Shown here: positions 10,801-19,778 of the stretch, piece by piece
How positions within the stretch are numbered: the stretch's first letter is position 1
Layout of the letters: each line of letters begins with the position of its first letter
Assembly: GCA_965199825.1 (NCBI GenBank)
Contig: OZ241329.1
Location: 1,824,001 to 1,888,000, forward strand
Source of the DNA: Bdellovibrionales bacterium
GTDB taxonomy: Bacteria; Bdellovibrionota; Bdellovibrionia; Bdellovibrionales; UBA1609
Direction of reading: 5' to 3'
Length of the DNA: 64,000 nucleotides
The notes under the pieces: generated by a model
Database searches by the model: none
The model's input: the letters and a program-made list of their open reading frames with translations, nothing else
What the model was told of the DNA's origin: nothing
Program-made: the position numbers and the translations under genes

Positions 10801-11262
10801 GATAAAAAACCAAAGGTTGTGGTTGAACGCTACTTTGATGTTTACAACACAACCACTGATGGTGCGCTGACTGATCAAACCGATAAGATCAATCGCTTTA
10901 TGCTCAATTTCAGAGGCGAAAGAGATTACTACACATTCTTGGGTCTCTTAAGCCACTCTCTAAGACCTTTTTATGACAAAATGCATTTGCCCCACGATGT
11001 CAGCCAAAGTCTTCAGTGTTCGAGAGACTCGATGATGAAGCGGCTTGAAGGTCAGCCAAACATGATCGACAGTGTGCAATCGCCTGTTCAAAGTTACAGT
11101 CGCATTGACGGATCAACCCGCACAGCTGCGCTCTGGAATCCCATTCAATTTTCGGATCTCAAGCCCAATCGAAACTTGAACGACCCTGAACCCAATGTCT
11201 CGATCCAAGATGTTCCGCAAGGTGGAGACGCGAGGGGAATCTGGTGTCCATACACAAACTGA
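7867..11262 (+). CDS. large predicted lipoprotein (1131 aa), hypothetical
   Basis: Lipobox LVSC; internally repeated TD/N..G.L.W...INPW beta module; paralog of next gene. Confidence 0.85.
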   Translation: MRLIKLIPILFLVSCIKPVQPGHGGTASYYVDSIVKKASTPSHRIENWDITDAQIFKFSVCLKDNVKQRGVLVHRFNITGPDHPVTDPLVPVTDPGGCLNWSETIAFDPLAKPCYITIERTLHPDGIQRGEVTVKLGINPWTGVTDSNEAVADFSIAKDKVARLCEEDVTHALQTKTSVKMLIENLGYQFTDRQDLSTEGHVEELRLNFKVSLKTKDMNDVESNPLSLTKGSLLVTSTFYRIENGKRFKLNETPQPEIAVINDKVATVTFKKVKMIEEIKQTGRYEVVLEAKVNEASHPPKGIEQFVGVMLVGDGSNVRAGSATIVNSPEVAPEQYKALAQTSIANVNQAPFRIGDAASIHFQHIKNEDSFNRLVGLKLSLPIISAFDSSSLPDRYFLIYLVPRGANLQSITPVKRKTNNSGMLYWPDAVLNYDIYKSMHKIAYDIVVEYLPSENAAADLKHARQTLPICINPWDELSGDFAGTAEFQADATCRDVKGATPFVSDIAKVPTLFINSVGWERTDISYRVNQTLGLSIKHDWTMSLKASIKRYDGDAGQNGSSEALRPGIWALTTTLFHYDKSNKKIQGIAASSQKLVRYEQGLFTSQIRMKFNESNILDAMTLQKYLAVQITQVDPTSLETINGQVNLNSKSWRPMDSAHSDLKSEPVIVNFVGAKDTKDVVGEANATPQVKALYQELKNKSLLERHREFAVAKVERQVPSDTAWMKTAEDLKLKGVAITNDEDAQKVSPLFKRRPMTLALLKRTLSCLDKQGWAPKDHMNVCATDPEVMHAMQNLCGVFMDPKPPGILNISPINNLDLKFMNCGQNPTQGLHVEEKTVVYSVNSDHSKFVGGFATSMTVSNLFGNGSFNGSDYGSSDTSSFSASLATNGLTPAGGNFVNGGTYGVGLFGVTAGRSHASTVADFQREYADNQAYANNNVTLKIESADLNLEILRYRECYVLKSETSPDKQGLFICYPIEDKKPKVVVERYFDVYNTTTDGALTDQTDKINRFMLNFRGERDYYTFLGLLSHSLRPFYDKMHLPHDVSQSLQCSRDSMMKRLEGQPNMIDSVQSPVQSYSRIDGSTRTAALWNPIQFSDLKPNRNLNDPEPNVSIQDVPQGGDARGIWCPYTN

Positions 11263-14200
11263 TTCTTGCATTTTTGTTTGTTGGTTGTTCGAGCAACTTT
11301 GAGTCGCGCAAGCTCTTAAGGCTTGTGGATGTCACAGGCTCGATCAATCAAAATTCGCAAATCAATAGCGATTGGGATTTGACCGAGAGCCGGTCGATCA
11401 ACTTTTCGGCCTGTGTGATCGATCAAGGTCGTGAAAGTGTTGTTAAGGGTCAAACCTTTAAGATTTTGAAACCCGATCAGTCCGAAGTTGTTCAAACAAA
11501 AGTTATTGAGAGTGATGGGCAGGGATGTGTGTATTGGAGCGAGAGCTTCGGGCTTGATCCTTTAGCCCAACCTTCGTACATCACAACCGATCGCATCCTT
11601 CAGGCCACCAATTTTTATCATCCGATTTCGCTTCATATGGGAATCAACCTTTGGAGTGGACTGAACGGAAAAGAAGCCGTGGTTGAGAATTTGGAAAAGG
11701 GTTTAAACCTTTTGAGTAAAGACCGAACGGTCTCTACCGAAAAATCGCTCCTTATTAATAAGGCTCAGTTGAATCTGAATCTCGAAAACTCGGTTCCTAA
11801 GATTCAAATCAGTTTTTATCCTTTTGTTAATCTTAACAAAATGGACGGCAAACAAAATACGGTTGCGGTCATGCGTGGAATCTTAAAACTAAAACCCCAG
11901 ATCATCGCGATCAAATCCGATGGGTCACAAACCGCGTTTTCAAACGAAGTGGGTTGGACAGCTCCAATCCGTTTTAATAATAACTTTGTGAGCTCGGGCA
12001 GTATTCCTTTGCAGTTTGGACAGCTGAGTAACGACGTCACTTATTACTTGTCGCTCCAAATTGAACCCTTGAGTGGCCCGCCCAACTTAAAGGGCCAAAT
12101 GTTTTTACTCAAAATTGGAGATCGAAACCAATTATTTAAAACCAAAGATCTTGTTACCGATACAGAACTCAAATCCGCAGCCGGTTTCACCCCAAGTGCA
12201 AGCGCAAAACAGGCAGGCTTTGATCTCGACCTTATTCATGCCAATTTTGCTGGCGTCACCAAAGATGAAAATCAGGCGTATTCGACGATTAAATTAAATT
12301 TATATACAAAAGTTTTCATAGCCGGTACCAACCGCATTCTTCCAGCTCATCAATTTGAGATCTATTCGCTCGAAAACAAAACTCGGCTGAATGTCACACG
12401 GGACTCAAATGCCACCGGATATATCTACTGGCCAGACACTATCTCTTATAAAGCCTATAGCGATGTGATCCATGAAAGCGGGTATGACCTGCGCATTGTG
12501 GATTTAGAGACTCACGAAGAAGTGATTCGAAGGGTTTACGTCAATCCTTGGATGCATAAGTCTTCGCCTGCTTTTTTTCATGATCAATCAGAGGGAGGAT
12601 TAAACCCTTCGTCCAACCAACAACCCGTTTTGAAAATCATGGGCGAAAATCATTCTGTGGTCGATAAGATGGTTCCTTCTTTAGATTCGCAACTGAATTT
12701 GATTTTAACCAGCAACTTCGATTTTAGTTTCTTACCCCAAGTGTATCGCCGAGATGATCCAACCACCGGTCTAAAAGCAAGTGGCCAAGATTTAAGGCCG
12801 GGCAAATACAAACTCACTTTTTTGGTTTATGTGACCAATGCGGATCGGACCGAGATCACCGATCTTGTGTCAGCCGCACAAAAAATTGTTGTGGTAGATG
12901 ACCATCAAAATTTTAATCTTAATCTGAATTTGCCCTATGAAATTGCACAACATGGTCTCTCGCGAAGTTTTGCGGTGGCCCAGGTTTCTTTGCTGGATCA
13001 AACCGTTTTAAAATCAGAACCTTTAATATTTCCACTTCGTATTGACAGCAGCTTAGGATCAGCTCCATTAGTTGAACGCGACAACTGGAATGATTCAAAA
13101 CTTAAAAATTTGGCTCAGAGTCTTTTGAATGTGGATGTGGAACAACGGTTTGCTGAATATTCGGCACATCAGCATCAAACGCCCAATGTAGAGTTGCAGC
13201 AACAATTTAAAAATGCCGGATTCATTCGTCATGCAAACAAATTTGGCCTGCAAGCGGTGGAAGTGGATTGGCAGACCGCAGTGCACGAAGGTTACAATCT
13301 GAGTGCGAAAGAGTTTGAAAAAGGTCTTGAATGTTTAGAGCAAGCGTCATGGCAATATGACAAGCTCCCCGCATTGTGTCTCAAACAAAAAGAAACCCAA
13401 AAAATTATCAATAATATGTGTGCTCGTGTGATGAACGAAGTGGGCAGGGTTGCTTTAGGCAATCTGTCGATGCCGACCTATGATTCGGATCAAACCTTAA
13501 TGATTCTTCAAATCAAAAATAAATGTTTAGAAAACGCTGCCGATTTCTTTAGGATCGAAAAACAAATATATGTTTACCAAAAATCAGGCGAGACCTTTCG
13601 AAATGGATTTTCTAAAACAGTCAATTTTTATACCGGTATGGCCACTGGGTACAATAAAGGCGATAGCCTCGTTGACGAACGAGCTTCAAGTTATAACGTT
13701 GGCGGCACAGCTCTGTTAACCCTCGGATCGATTTTTCAACTGATGACTCTGGGTGTGCCAGCTCCAAGCCCAGTCATCACCCGCACAAAAGCGATTAAAG
13801 ATGCGATCGTAAGTTTTGAGACCGACTCGGTCAAATCACCTCGAATTGCCACAGGTTCACGACGATATGAGCGTTTTAAACAAATCTTTGATACCGAACT
13901 GGAATTGAACGAAGCCGGCCTCACCAATGCGGTTTCGTACAATTTAGATAATATTAATTTTGAAATTCATGCGGTGGAGTGGCGAAAATGCTTCGCTGTC
14001 TTTCCTGATCTTTCAAAATATCGTGACCAAATTATTGGAGTCGAAGACTCAGTCAAAGATATTAAAAAGTACTATTGTTTCCCAGTCGAAAAAGGCGAGC
14101 TCACGTTGCACCAAAACTATTACGTCGCTCACCCCACCGATGGTGGGAGCACTGCGATGATTGATGGTGGCGACCAGAGAAATTTTGGCCAAACGTTGGT

Positions 14201-14516
14201 GCTTAAGGGTACAAGGGATTTTCAAGCCCTGTTTCAAAGTTTAAAAAAGCAAATGCCGAATTACAAACTCAATGGGATTGCCCGCGACACCCGCGATGTT
14301 TGGAAAATGGTTCAAGTCAATTATCGCCAGCATTTGTTGCTTGAGGATCGAAGTATGCTCAACTCTGAGCCGCCTCGTGATTTTAGCCTGTATGGTCCCG
14401 CCGCGAAGCCGGGAGTGCTTGAGAATGTGCTCGACTTTTTTAATCTCGGCAGACAAAACGCCAGAAAAAACTTACCCGATCAAAATGATCCTGATTTAGT
14501 TCAATTCACTAACTAA
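11244..14516 (+). CDS. large predicted lipoprotein (1090 aa), paralog of 7867..11262
   Basis: Lipobox FVGC; shares WDL/IT, GC.YWSE..DPLA.P.YIT, YWPD, NPW, LRPG.W/Y.LT, LKSEP, RD.(Y/F) motifs with the upstream gene. Confidence 0.85.
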   Translation: MSIHKLILAFLFVGCSSNFESRKLLRLVDVTGSINQNSQINSDWDLTESRSINFSACVIDQGRESVVKGQTFKILKPDQSEVVQTKVIESDGQGCVYWSESFGLDPLAQPSYITTDRILQATNFYHPISLHMGINLWSGLNGKEAVVENLEKGLNLLSKDRTVSTEKSLLINKAQLNLNLENSVPKIQISFYPFVNLNKMDGKQNTVAVMRGILKLKPQIIAIKSDGSQTAFSNEVGWTAPIRFNNNFVSSGSIPLQFGQLSNDVTYYLSLQIEPLSGPPNLKGQMFLLKIGDRNQLFKTKDLVTDTELKSAAGFTPSASAKQAGFDLDLIHANFAGVTKDENQAYSTIKLNLYTKVFIAGTNRILPAHQFEIYSLENKTRLNVTRDSNATGYIYWPDTISYKAYSDVIHESGYDLRIVDLETHEEVIRRVYVNPWMHKSSPAFFHDQSEGGLNPSSNQQPVLKIMGENHSVVDKMVPSLDSQLNLILTSNFDFSFLPQVYRRDDPTTGLKASGQDLRPGKYKLTFLVYVTNADRTEITDLVSAAQKIVVVDDHQNFNLNLNLPYEIAQHGLSRSFAVAQVSLLDQTVLKSEPLIFPLRIDSSLGSAPLVERDNWNDSKLKNLAQSLLNVDVEQRFAEYSAHQHQTPNVELQQQFKNAGFIRHANKFGLQAVEVDWQTAVHEGYNLSAKEFEKGLECLEQASWQYDKLPALCLKQKETQKIINNMCARVMNEVGRVALGNLSMPTYDSDQTLMILQIKNKCLENAADFFRIEKQIYVYQKSGETFRNGFSKTVNFYTGMATGYNKGDSLVDERASSYNVGGTALLTLGSIFQLMTLGVPAPSPVITRTKAIKDAIVSFETDSVKSPRIATGSRRYERFKQIFDTELELNEAGLTNAVSYNLDNINFEIHAVEWRKCFAVFPDLSKYRDQIIGVEDSVKDIKKYYCFPVEKGELTLHQNYYVAHPTDGGSTAMIDGGDQRNFGQTLVLKGTRDFQALFQSLKKQMPNYKLNGIARDTRDVWKMVQVNYRQHLLLEDRSMLNSEPPRDFSLYGPAAKPGVLENVLDFFNLGRQNARKNLPDQNDPDLVQFTN

Positions 14517-14588
14517 ACCGATGTCATTTTACATTCCCTAGGTCGGACCGTTGTTGTTTATAGCGAGCGATGGTACAGACGCCCAAGG

Positions 14589-15692
14589 GTGATAAATATG
14601 ATAAGTTTATTTGTTATGGTTTTACAGGTTTGCGTAGCTCAATCTCAGCAGCCCGATTTGTACCAAAGGCTAAATGTTTCGCCAAATGCTAGCCAACAAG
14701 AACTCAATCGTCGGGTCCATGAACTCCCCCTTGAAATTTTTAGTCTTAAGATCATAAATCAGCATCAGGGCGACGATATTTTTGGGCTTGATGCCGTGTT
14801 TTTGCGAAAACCTATTTGTGAGAGTTTTAATGATTCACCCTTAGCGGCAAAAATGAACTGCGATGACTTTATTTTATCTTTGCTCCAAACCCATGCAAGG
14901 AACGATGAAGATTATTTTAAGAGTCTGCAAGACGCTGCGTTCATCCTCCGATTTGAGGAGCTTCGTAAAGTCTATGACCCTTTTCGATTAGTTTTAAATA
15001 ATTTTTATTTGCATCCCGAATCAGCTCTCATAAGCCCGGAGGGAGGTATTAATGCCGAGCTTTTGATGTCTTATGAGGCTTTTAACGCACAGACAGGTGC
15101 GACTCAGAATATTGATAAAGAATTGATTGCGCTATTTGAACCTGAAATTGAGTTCGGTTATTTTGAACCCGAAATTAGGAACCCTAAGCAAATGACCTTG
15201 CCACAATTGCGTGTTTCTAATCTTGCCCGTTCTTTAGTTTTATTGACTCATTTTAGTGAGGCAATTAAAAATTTGGTCGATAAAAATCTGTCTGTTGAAA
15301 AATGGATCGAGCAGATCAACGTAGCAAATTTGGCTCCCGTGGTTGATCAAGACGACTTAAAATTTCTGGCCAAAGTTTTGGAAACTCTTTTTCTCCACAA
15401 GCCACTTCGTTATCACCAATTGATTGCTGATGATGAAAGCACAGACCGGAGATTTTTACTGATTCGTTTTCTTGCAGACTTAATAGGTAAAGATTCTGAG
15501 CTTATGCGAAGCTTTTTAGAATCGACGAGCTATCATGCTGATTATGTTGAGGCGAAAGAATTCTTAGATGTGGGCAAAAGTGATCCGCTTTATATGAAGC
15601 TCTACAAAGATAATGTGATGGGTGCATTTTTGAAGGACCCCCAGTTTGATCGCTTTCGCGATTCGGGCTGTATCAAAGCCTTAACACATTAA
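14589..15692 (+). CDS. secreted hypothetical protein with degenerate J-domain-like N-terminus
   Basis: Signal peptide; DLYQRLNVSPNASQQEL and FKSLQDAAFILR..ELRKVYD; no HPD. Confidence 0.7.
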   Translation: MINMISLFVMVLQVCVAQSQQPDLYQRLNVSPNASQQELNRRVHELPLEIFSLKIINQHQGDDIFGLDAVFLRKPICESFNDSPLAAKMNCDDFILSLLQTHARNDEDYFKSLQDAAFILRFEELRKVYDPFRLVLNNFYLHPESALISPEGGINAELLMSYEAFNAQTGATQNIDKELIALFEPEIEFGYFEPEIRNPKQMTLPQLRVSNLARSLVLLTHFSEAIKNLVDKNLSVEKWIEQINVANLAPVVDQDDLKFLAKVLETLFLHKPLRYHQLIADDESTDRRFLLIRFLADLIGKDSELMRSFLESTSYHADYVEAKEFLDVGKSDPLYMKLYKDNVMGAFLKDPQFDRFRDSGCIKALTH

Positions 15693-17038
15693 GGATCAAA
15701 AATCTTTCCAGGATTAATAATGCCAGCGGGATCAAATATCTTTTTGATCTCCCTCATGATCGCAATTTCTTCTGGGCTGCGTGTGTGGTGGAGATATTTT
15801 TTCTTTGTGAGCCCCACGCCATGTTCGGCACTGACCGAGCCCTCGAACTGATCAACGATCGAAAATAAAATCTCATCGACCTCGTGACAGCGATTTAAAA
15901 AATCGGCACTTGTCATGTCGGAGGGTTTTAAAATATTGATATGAAGATTTCCATCGCCCACATGACCAAACCAGATCACTTCAAGATCGGGATAATTTTT
16001 GTTTAAGGCGTCATTCACCTGGTCTAAAAACTGAGGCACCTTGGAAATTCTCACGGAGATATCATTTTTGTAAGGCGCAAAGGCCGAGGTGGCTTCAGAA
16101 ATATCCTCGCGATAGCGCCAGAATTCTCGGGCTTGGGCGGGTGATTGAGCGAGCAAGCCATCACTTATGAGCTCATCACCTAAAGCGGTTTCAAACAGTT
16201 CGAGAGTTTTATCCTCAAAACCGCCTTCGATCTCTAAAACCAAATAATAGGGATGAGCCTCTTGAAAAGGAGTGTTCAGTTTTGCTTGTTGAACCACAAT
16301 TTTTAGGGCTCTATCGGTGAGCATTTCAAAGGCGGTGACTCCAACCGATTTGCGAAACAGATGATAGATTTTCATCACGCTTGAAAGATCACTCAATGCG
16401 AGTAACAAAACTTGAGGAGTTGCAGGTTTTTTGGTTAACAGAATTTTTGCTTGAGTGATAAATCCAAGTGTTCCTTCGCTGCCGATAAAAAGTTGGCGAA
16501 GATCATAACCAGTCGCGTTTTTAATAAGGCTTTTTCCGAGATGGAGAACGTCCCCTCGGCCGGTCACAACTTCAAGATCGCTAACCCAAGGCCGCATCAG
16601 ACCGTATCGCACCACTTTTATGCCGCCCGCATTGGTTGCGATGTTGCCACCAATGTGTGAAGAACCGCGTGAAGCAAAATCAACCGGAAAGTAATATCCT
16701 TTTTCTTCTGCAAAGTGCTGGAGACTTTCGGTCACCACACCCGGCTCGCACGTGACAGTCATGTCGGACTCATCGAAATTTAAAATTCGATTCATCTTTT
16801 CAAAACTAACAACGACCTCGCCTTGGGTAGCAAACGCAGCACCGCTTAGACCGGTACGTCCACCCGATGGAACTAAATAAATATTATTTTTTATCGCCCA
16901 CTGAACAAGGGCGACCACCTCGGCGGTTGTGGTCGGAAAGGCAATGGCCGAGGGCTTTGGCACAAGATGTTTTGTCCAATCGCGGCCATAGGTATTGAGA
17001 TCCTCGGGGTCGGTGGTGAACGTGCAGGGTGGATTCAT
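15689..17038 (-). CDS. FAD-linked oxidase, D-2-hydroxyglutarate dehydrogenase-like
   Basis: YGRDWTKH, PSGGRTGLSG, GGNIATNAGG, KNATGYDL, FIGSEGTLG, FGHVGDGNLH, SAEHGVG, DPAGIINPGK. Confidence 0.9.
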   Translation of the reverse strand: MNPPCTFTTDPEDLNTYGRDWTKHLVPKPSAIAFPTTTAEVVALVQWAIKNNIYLVPSGGRTGLSGAAFATQGEVVVSFEKMNRILNFDESDMTVTCEPGVVTESLQHFAEEKGYYFPVDFASRGSSHIGGNIATNAGGIKVVRYGLMRPWVSDLEVVTGRGDVLHLGKSLIKNATGYDLRQLFIGSEGTLGFITQAKILLTKKPATPQVLLLALSDLSSVMKIYHLFRKSVGVTAFEMLTDRALKIVVQQAKLNTPFQEAHPYYLVLEIEGGFEDKTLELFETALGDELISDGLLAQSPAQAREFWRYREDISEATSAFAPYKNDISVRISKVPQFLDQVNDALNKNYPDLEVIWFGHVGDGNLHINILKPSDMTSADFLNRCHEVDEILFSIVDQFEGSVSAEHGVGLTKKKYLHHTRSPEEIAIMREIKKIFDPAGIINPGKIFDP

Positions 17039-17062
17039 TGGTCAAAGGTTAGCAAAGACGGA

Positions 17063-17413
17063 TTAGCGGCTCAACATGTTTTGAATTAGCGAATATCTTT
17101 GATCAACTTCAAGGCTCAAGGGCTTTTGGAGTTCCATACGGCTTTGATAGATCTCACGTAAAAGCTGAAGGACAGGGGGTATGATCTCTGCGATTTTGCT
17201 TGGTGATTCAAGGCAGAGGCGCTCAACAATTTCGCCGACTTGGGAAATTTCAGGCAAGCCATAAGTTCGACCTGTTCCTTTGAGCTTATGAAAGTCTTCT
17301 CTTAAAACGGTGACATCCATTGTTAAAAAATGAGCCTCAATATCACTTATTTTTTTTGGCAGAGCTTGAAGATATTCTTCTGTTAGCTCCCTCATCATTT
17401 GATCAAAACTCAT
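17063..17413 (-). CDS. Hpt (histidine phosphotransfer) domain protein
   Basis: FHKLKGTGRTYG motif; likely ATG at 17413. Confidence 0.88.
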   Translation of the reverse strand: MSFDQMMRELTEEYLQALPKKISDIEAHFLTMDVTVLREDFHKLKGTGRTYGLPEISQVGEIVERLCLESPSKIAEIIPPVLQLLREIYQSRMELQKPLSLEVDQRYSLIQNMLSR

Positions 17414-17424
17414 TACACCTACTT

Positions 17425-18684
17425 TTATGCTGTTCTGTTTAGAATATGTCGCCATTCGGGTAGCGTAAAATAGAAACTCGAACCCTGGCCCACGGTCGAG
17501 CGAACACCAATTTGACCTTTGTGTTCATCAACCAAAGCTTTTGCGATAGCAAGACCAAGTCCCGTGCCTTTAACGAGAGGTTGTGATGAATTGGTGGCCT
17601 GCCTAAATTTTTGAAAAATTAATTCTTGATCTTCTGGAGCAATGCCCTTGCCTTGATCCTTTACTTCGATCTGCACCAGATTGTGCTCATTGATCAAACA
17701 CACAATTTGGATTTTTGATTTCGCTGGAGAAAATTTGATGGCATTTGAAACCAAGTTTGTAAGCACTTGCTGAATACGATCTTTGTCGATCAAGACTTCT
17801 AAGGGTTGGGCCAAAACTTCAAGTTCCACATCCGCTGCTTGAGCAAAACCTTGGAGCGATAATGCATTTGAATTTAAAAATTCAATTACATTTTCGTATT
17901 TTTTTTGAATCGGCAATTGGCCAGCCTCAATTTTGGCAAGATCTAAAAAGTCATTGATGAGTCGGATTAACCGATCGGTTTCGGTTTGAGCAATGGTCAC
18001 GAGTTGTTGTGAGGCCTCATTGAGTGAGCCCAAAATTCCAGAGTGAAGCAAGCTTAAGGAGCCCTTAATTGAGGTCAACGGTGTTCGAAGCTCATGGCTT
18101 GCGATATTTAAAAACTCAGACTTTGCGTGATCCAAATTTTTAAGTTCATCCATTGTGTGGAGCACTCGTTGAGCCATAATATGAAAGGTGGCGTGAAGGG
18201 TGCCGACCTCATTTTTTTTTGGTTGTGAAAATCGATAAGAATATTTGTGGGTCAAAAAATCATTCATACGACGAGACAGCAACCGGATGGGTGAAAACAG
18301 AGTCAGATGAAGATAAAGCCAGCTCACCACAATACTCAAAATCATCATCAATCCACAGAGACTTGAATAAAAAATTGTTTTTTGGTGCAGATATTCTATT
18401 TTTTTAAGAGCGAACCTGCGAAACTCTTGTTCAACTTTTTGAAAATGTTGACGAGCTCCACCATTTTTTGTGGCAAGGGCCTTAAAAGCAGAATCGCGAA
18501 CCTGAGGCAATAGCTCCGTCGCGGCATTCTCTTTATTGTATCCCACATTTTCGATCTGAAAACTTTGATCCACATCATTTTGAAGGCGGAGGGCCTCGCG
18601 ATAGGAAACAAAGGAGAGTGTTGCAAAACCAATCACTAAACTTAAACAAATAAAATTGATTAAAAAAAGTCGAAATCGAATCAA
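17425..18684 (-). CDS. membrane sensor histidine kinase (HAMP-HisKA-HATPase)
   Basis: Two TMs; SHELRTPLT, NLVSNAIKF, DQGKGI, GTGLGL. Confidence 0.95.
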   Translation of the reverse strand: MIRFRLFLINFICLSLVIGFATLSFVSYREALRLQNDVDQSFQIENVGYNKENAATELLPQVRDSAFKALATKNGGARQHFQKVEQEFRRFALKKIEYLHQKTIFYSSLCGLMMILSIVVSWLYLHLTLFSPIRLLSRRMNDFLTHKYSYRFSQPKKNEVGTLHATFHIMAQRVLHTMDELKNLDHAKSEFLNIASHELRTPLTSIKGSLSLLHSGILGSLNEASQQLVTIAQTETDRLIRLINDFLDLAKIEAGQLPIQKKYENVIEFLNSNALSLQGFAQAADVELEVLAQPLEVLIDKDRIQQVLTNLVSNAIKFSPAKSKIQIVCLINEHNLVQIEVKDQGKGIAPEDQELIFQKFRQATNSSQPLVKGTGLGLAIAKALVDEHKGQIGVRSTVGQGSSFYFTLPEWRHILNRTA

Positions 18685-19049
18685 GCCGCACCCTTAAGCA
18701 TCAAATCAATTTGGGTGCAAAGCATCTTAGGATCAAAAGGCTTTGAGATCAGCCCCAGTCCCATCCGCTCAAACTCTAAAACATCGCGCTGCTGAGATTT
18801 AGCACTAAGAAAAATAACCGGAGTATGAGGCTGGAGTTTTAACTTTCGATATTCGGCACACACGGTGAGGCCATTGAGTTTTGGCATCATTTCGTCGAGC
18901 AACAAAACATCGAAATTTTCTGAGAGTGCAATCTCGAGTGCTCGTTCACCATCAGCAGCATGGACAACTTGATGATGCCCAATATGCTCTAAGCATAACC
19001 TTGCAATGGTTGCGATGTTTTGATCATCTTCAGCCAAAAGAATTCTCAC
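18681..19049 (-). CDS. single-domain response regulator
   Basis: LLAEDD, LLDEMMP, FLSA, KPF. Confidence 0.92.
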   Translation of the reverse strand: MRILLAEDDQNIATIARLCLEHIGHHQVVHAADGERALEIALSENFDVLLLDEMMPKLNGLTVCAEYRKLKLQPHTPVIFLSAKSQQRDVLEFERMGLGLISKPFDPKMLCTQIDLMLKGAA

Positions 19050-19050
19050 T

Positions 19051-19740
19051 TTAAGCTTCTCTCCGTAAGCTACCGTGGGAATAAATCCAGGCTCTCACTT
19101 TTTGCAAAAATTTTTCCTGTGCACCAACAAAACTTAGAGTGCTGACATAAAAATCTTCACGGGGATGACAGGACAAAACTTTTAAAAATGGAATTTCATG
19201 ACTCAATGTATTCAAAAAATCTGCGTCGAGCTCCATCATTGAGCCCTCTTCATTTTTCCAAGGCGTTTTTATTTTGATCGCCAGCTCAGAGACTTCTAAG
19301 ATCTCAATATTCATTTTGACTCGTGCCGCACTTAAATCTTTTGGAACCCGGACTTCGGGGTGATGGGCAGGTGGCCTTTTATCAAAAAGCATGGAGATTT
19401 TTTTTTCGAGTAAAAGAGGATCAATGGGCTTAATTAAATAATCATCGACCCCAATACGCAAAGCTCGATCAATATTTTTTTTGTCGCTCAGTGCGGTCAG
19501 CATACAAATCGCAAGGTGTCTAAATCGAACATCACTTTTTACGGTTTGGATCAGATCGAATCCAGAAAAATGCGGCATGTTGGCATCAGAGATCAAAAGA
19601 TCAAACATGGTCGAGCGCAAAAGTTCCATGGCTTCAATCGCGTCAGGAGCGGTAAATACCATGTGGCCCGCAAAGGAAAGACTGCGATTCATCATTTTTA
19701 AAAGGTCGTGATCATCATCGACGATAAGTATGCGTGCCAT
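19051..19740 (-). CDS. response regulator with C-terminal PilZ-like beta domain
   Basis: IVDDD, SDANMP, LTA, KPI receiver; C-terminal ILEVSELAIKI... resembles a degenerate PilZ fold (inference). Confidence 0.85.
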   Translation of the reverse strand: MARILIVDDDHDLLKMMNRSLSFAGHMVFTAPDAIEAMELLRSTMFDLLISDANMPHFSGFDLIQTVKSDVRFRHLAICMLTALSDKKNIDRALRIGVDDYLIKPIDPLLLEKKISMLFDKRPPAHHPEVRVPKDLSAARVKMNIEILEVSELAIKIKTPWKNEEGSMMELDADFLNTLSHEIPFLKVLSCHPREDFYVSTLSFVGAQEKFLQKVRAWIYSHGSLRREA

Positions 19741-19778
19741 AGTTCTTTATCGGAGTTTTCACCGCCCGCGAGAGGCAA

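Noticed and set aside
5400..15692. Prophage or integrative element
   Set aside because: No integrase, phage structural genes, tRNA or att-like repeats seen
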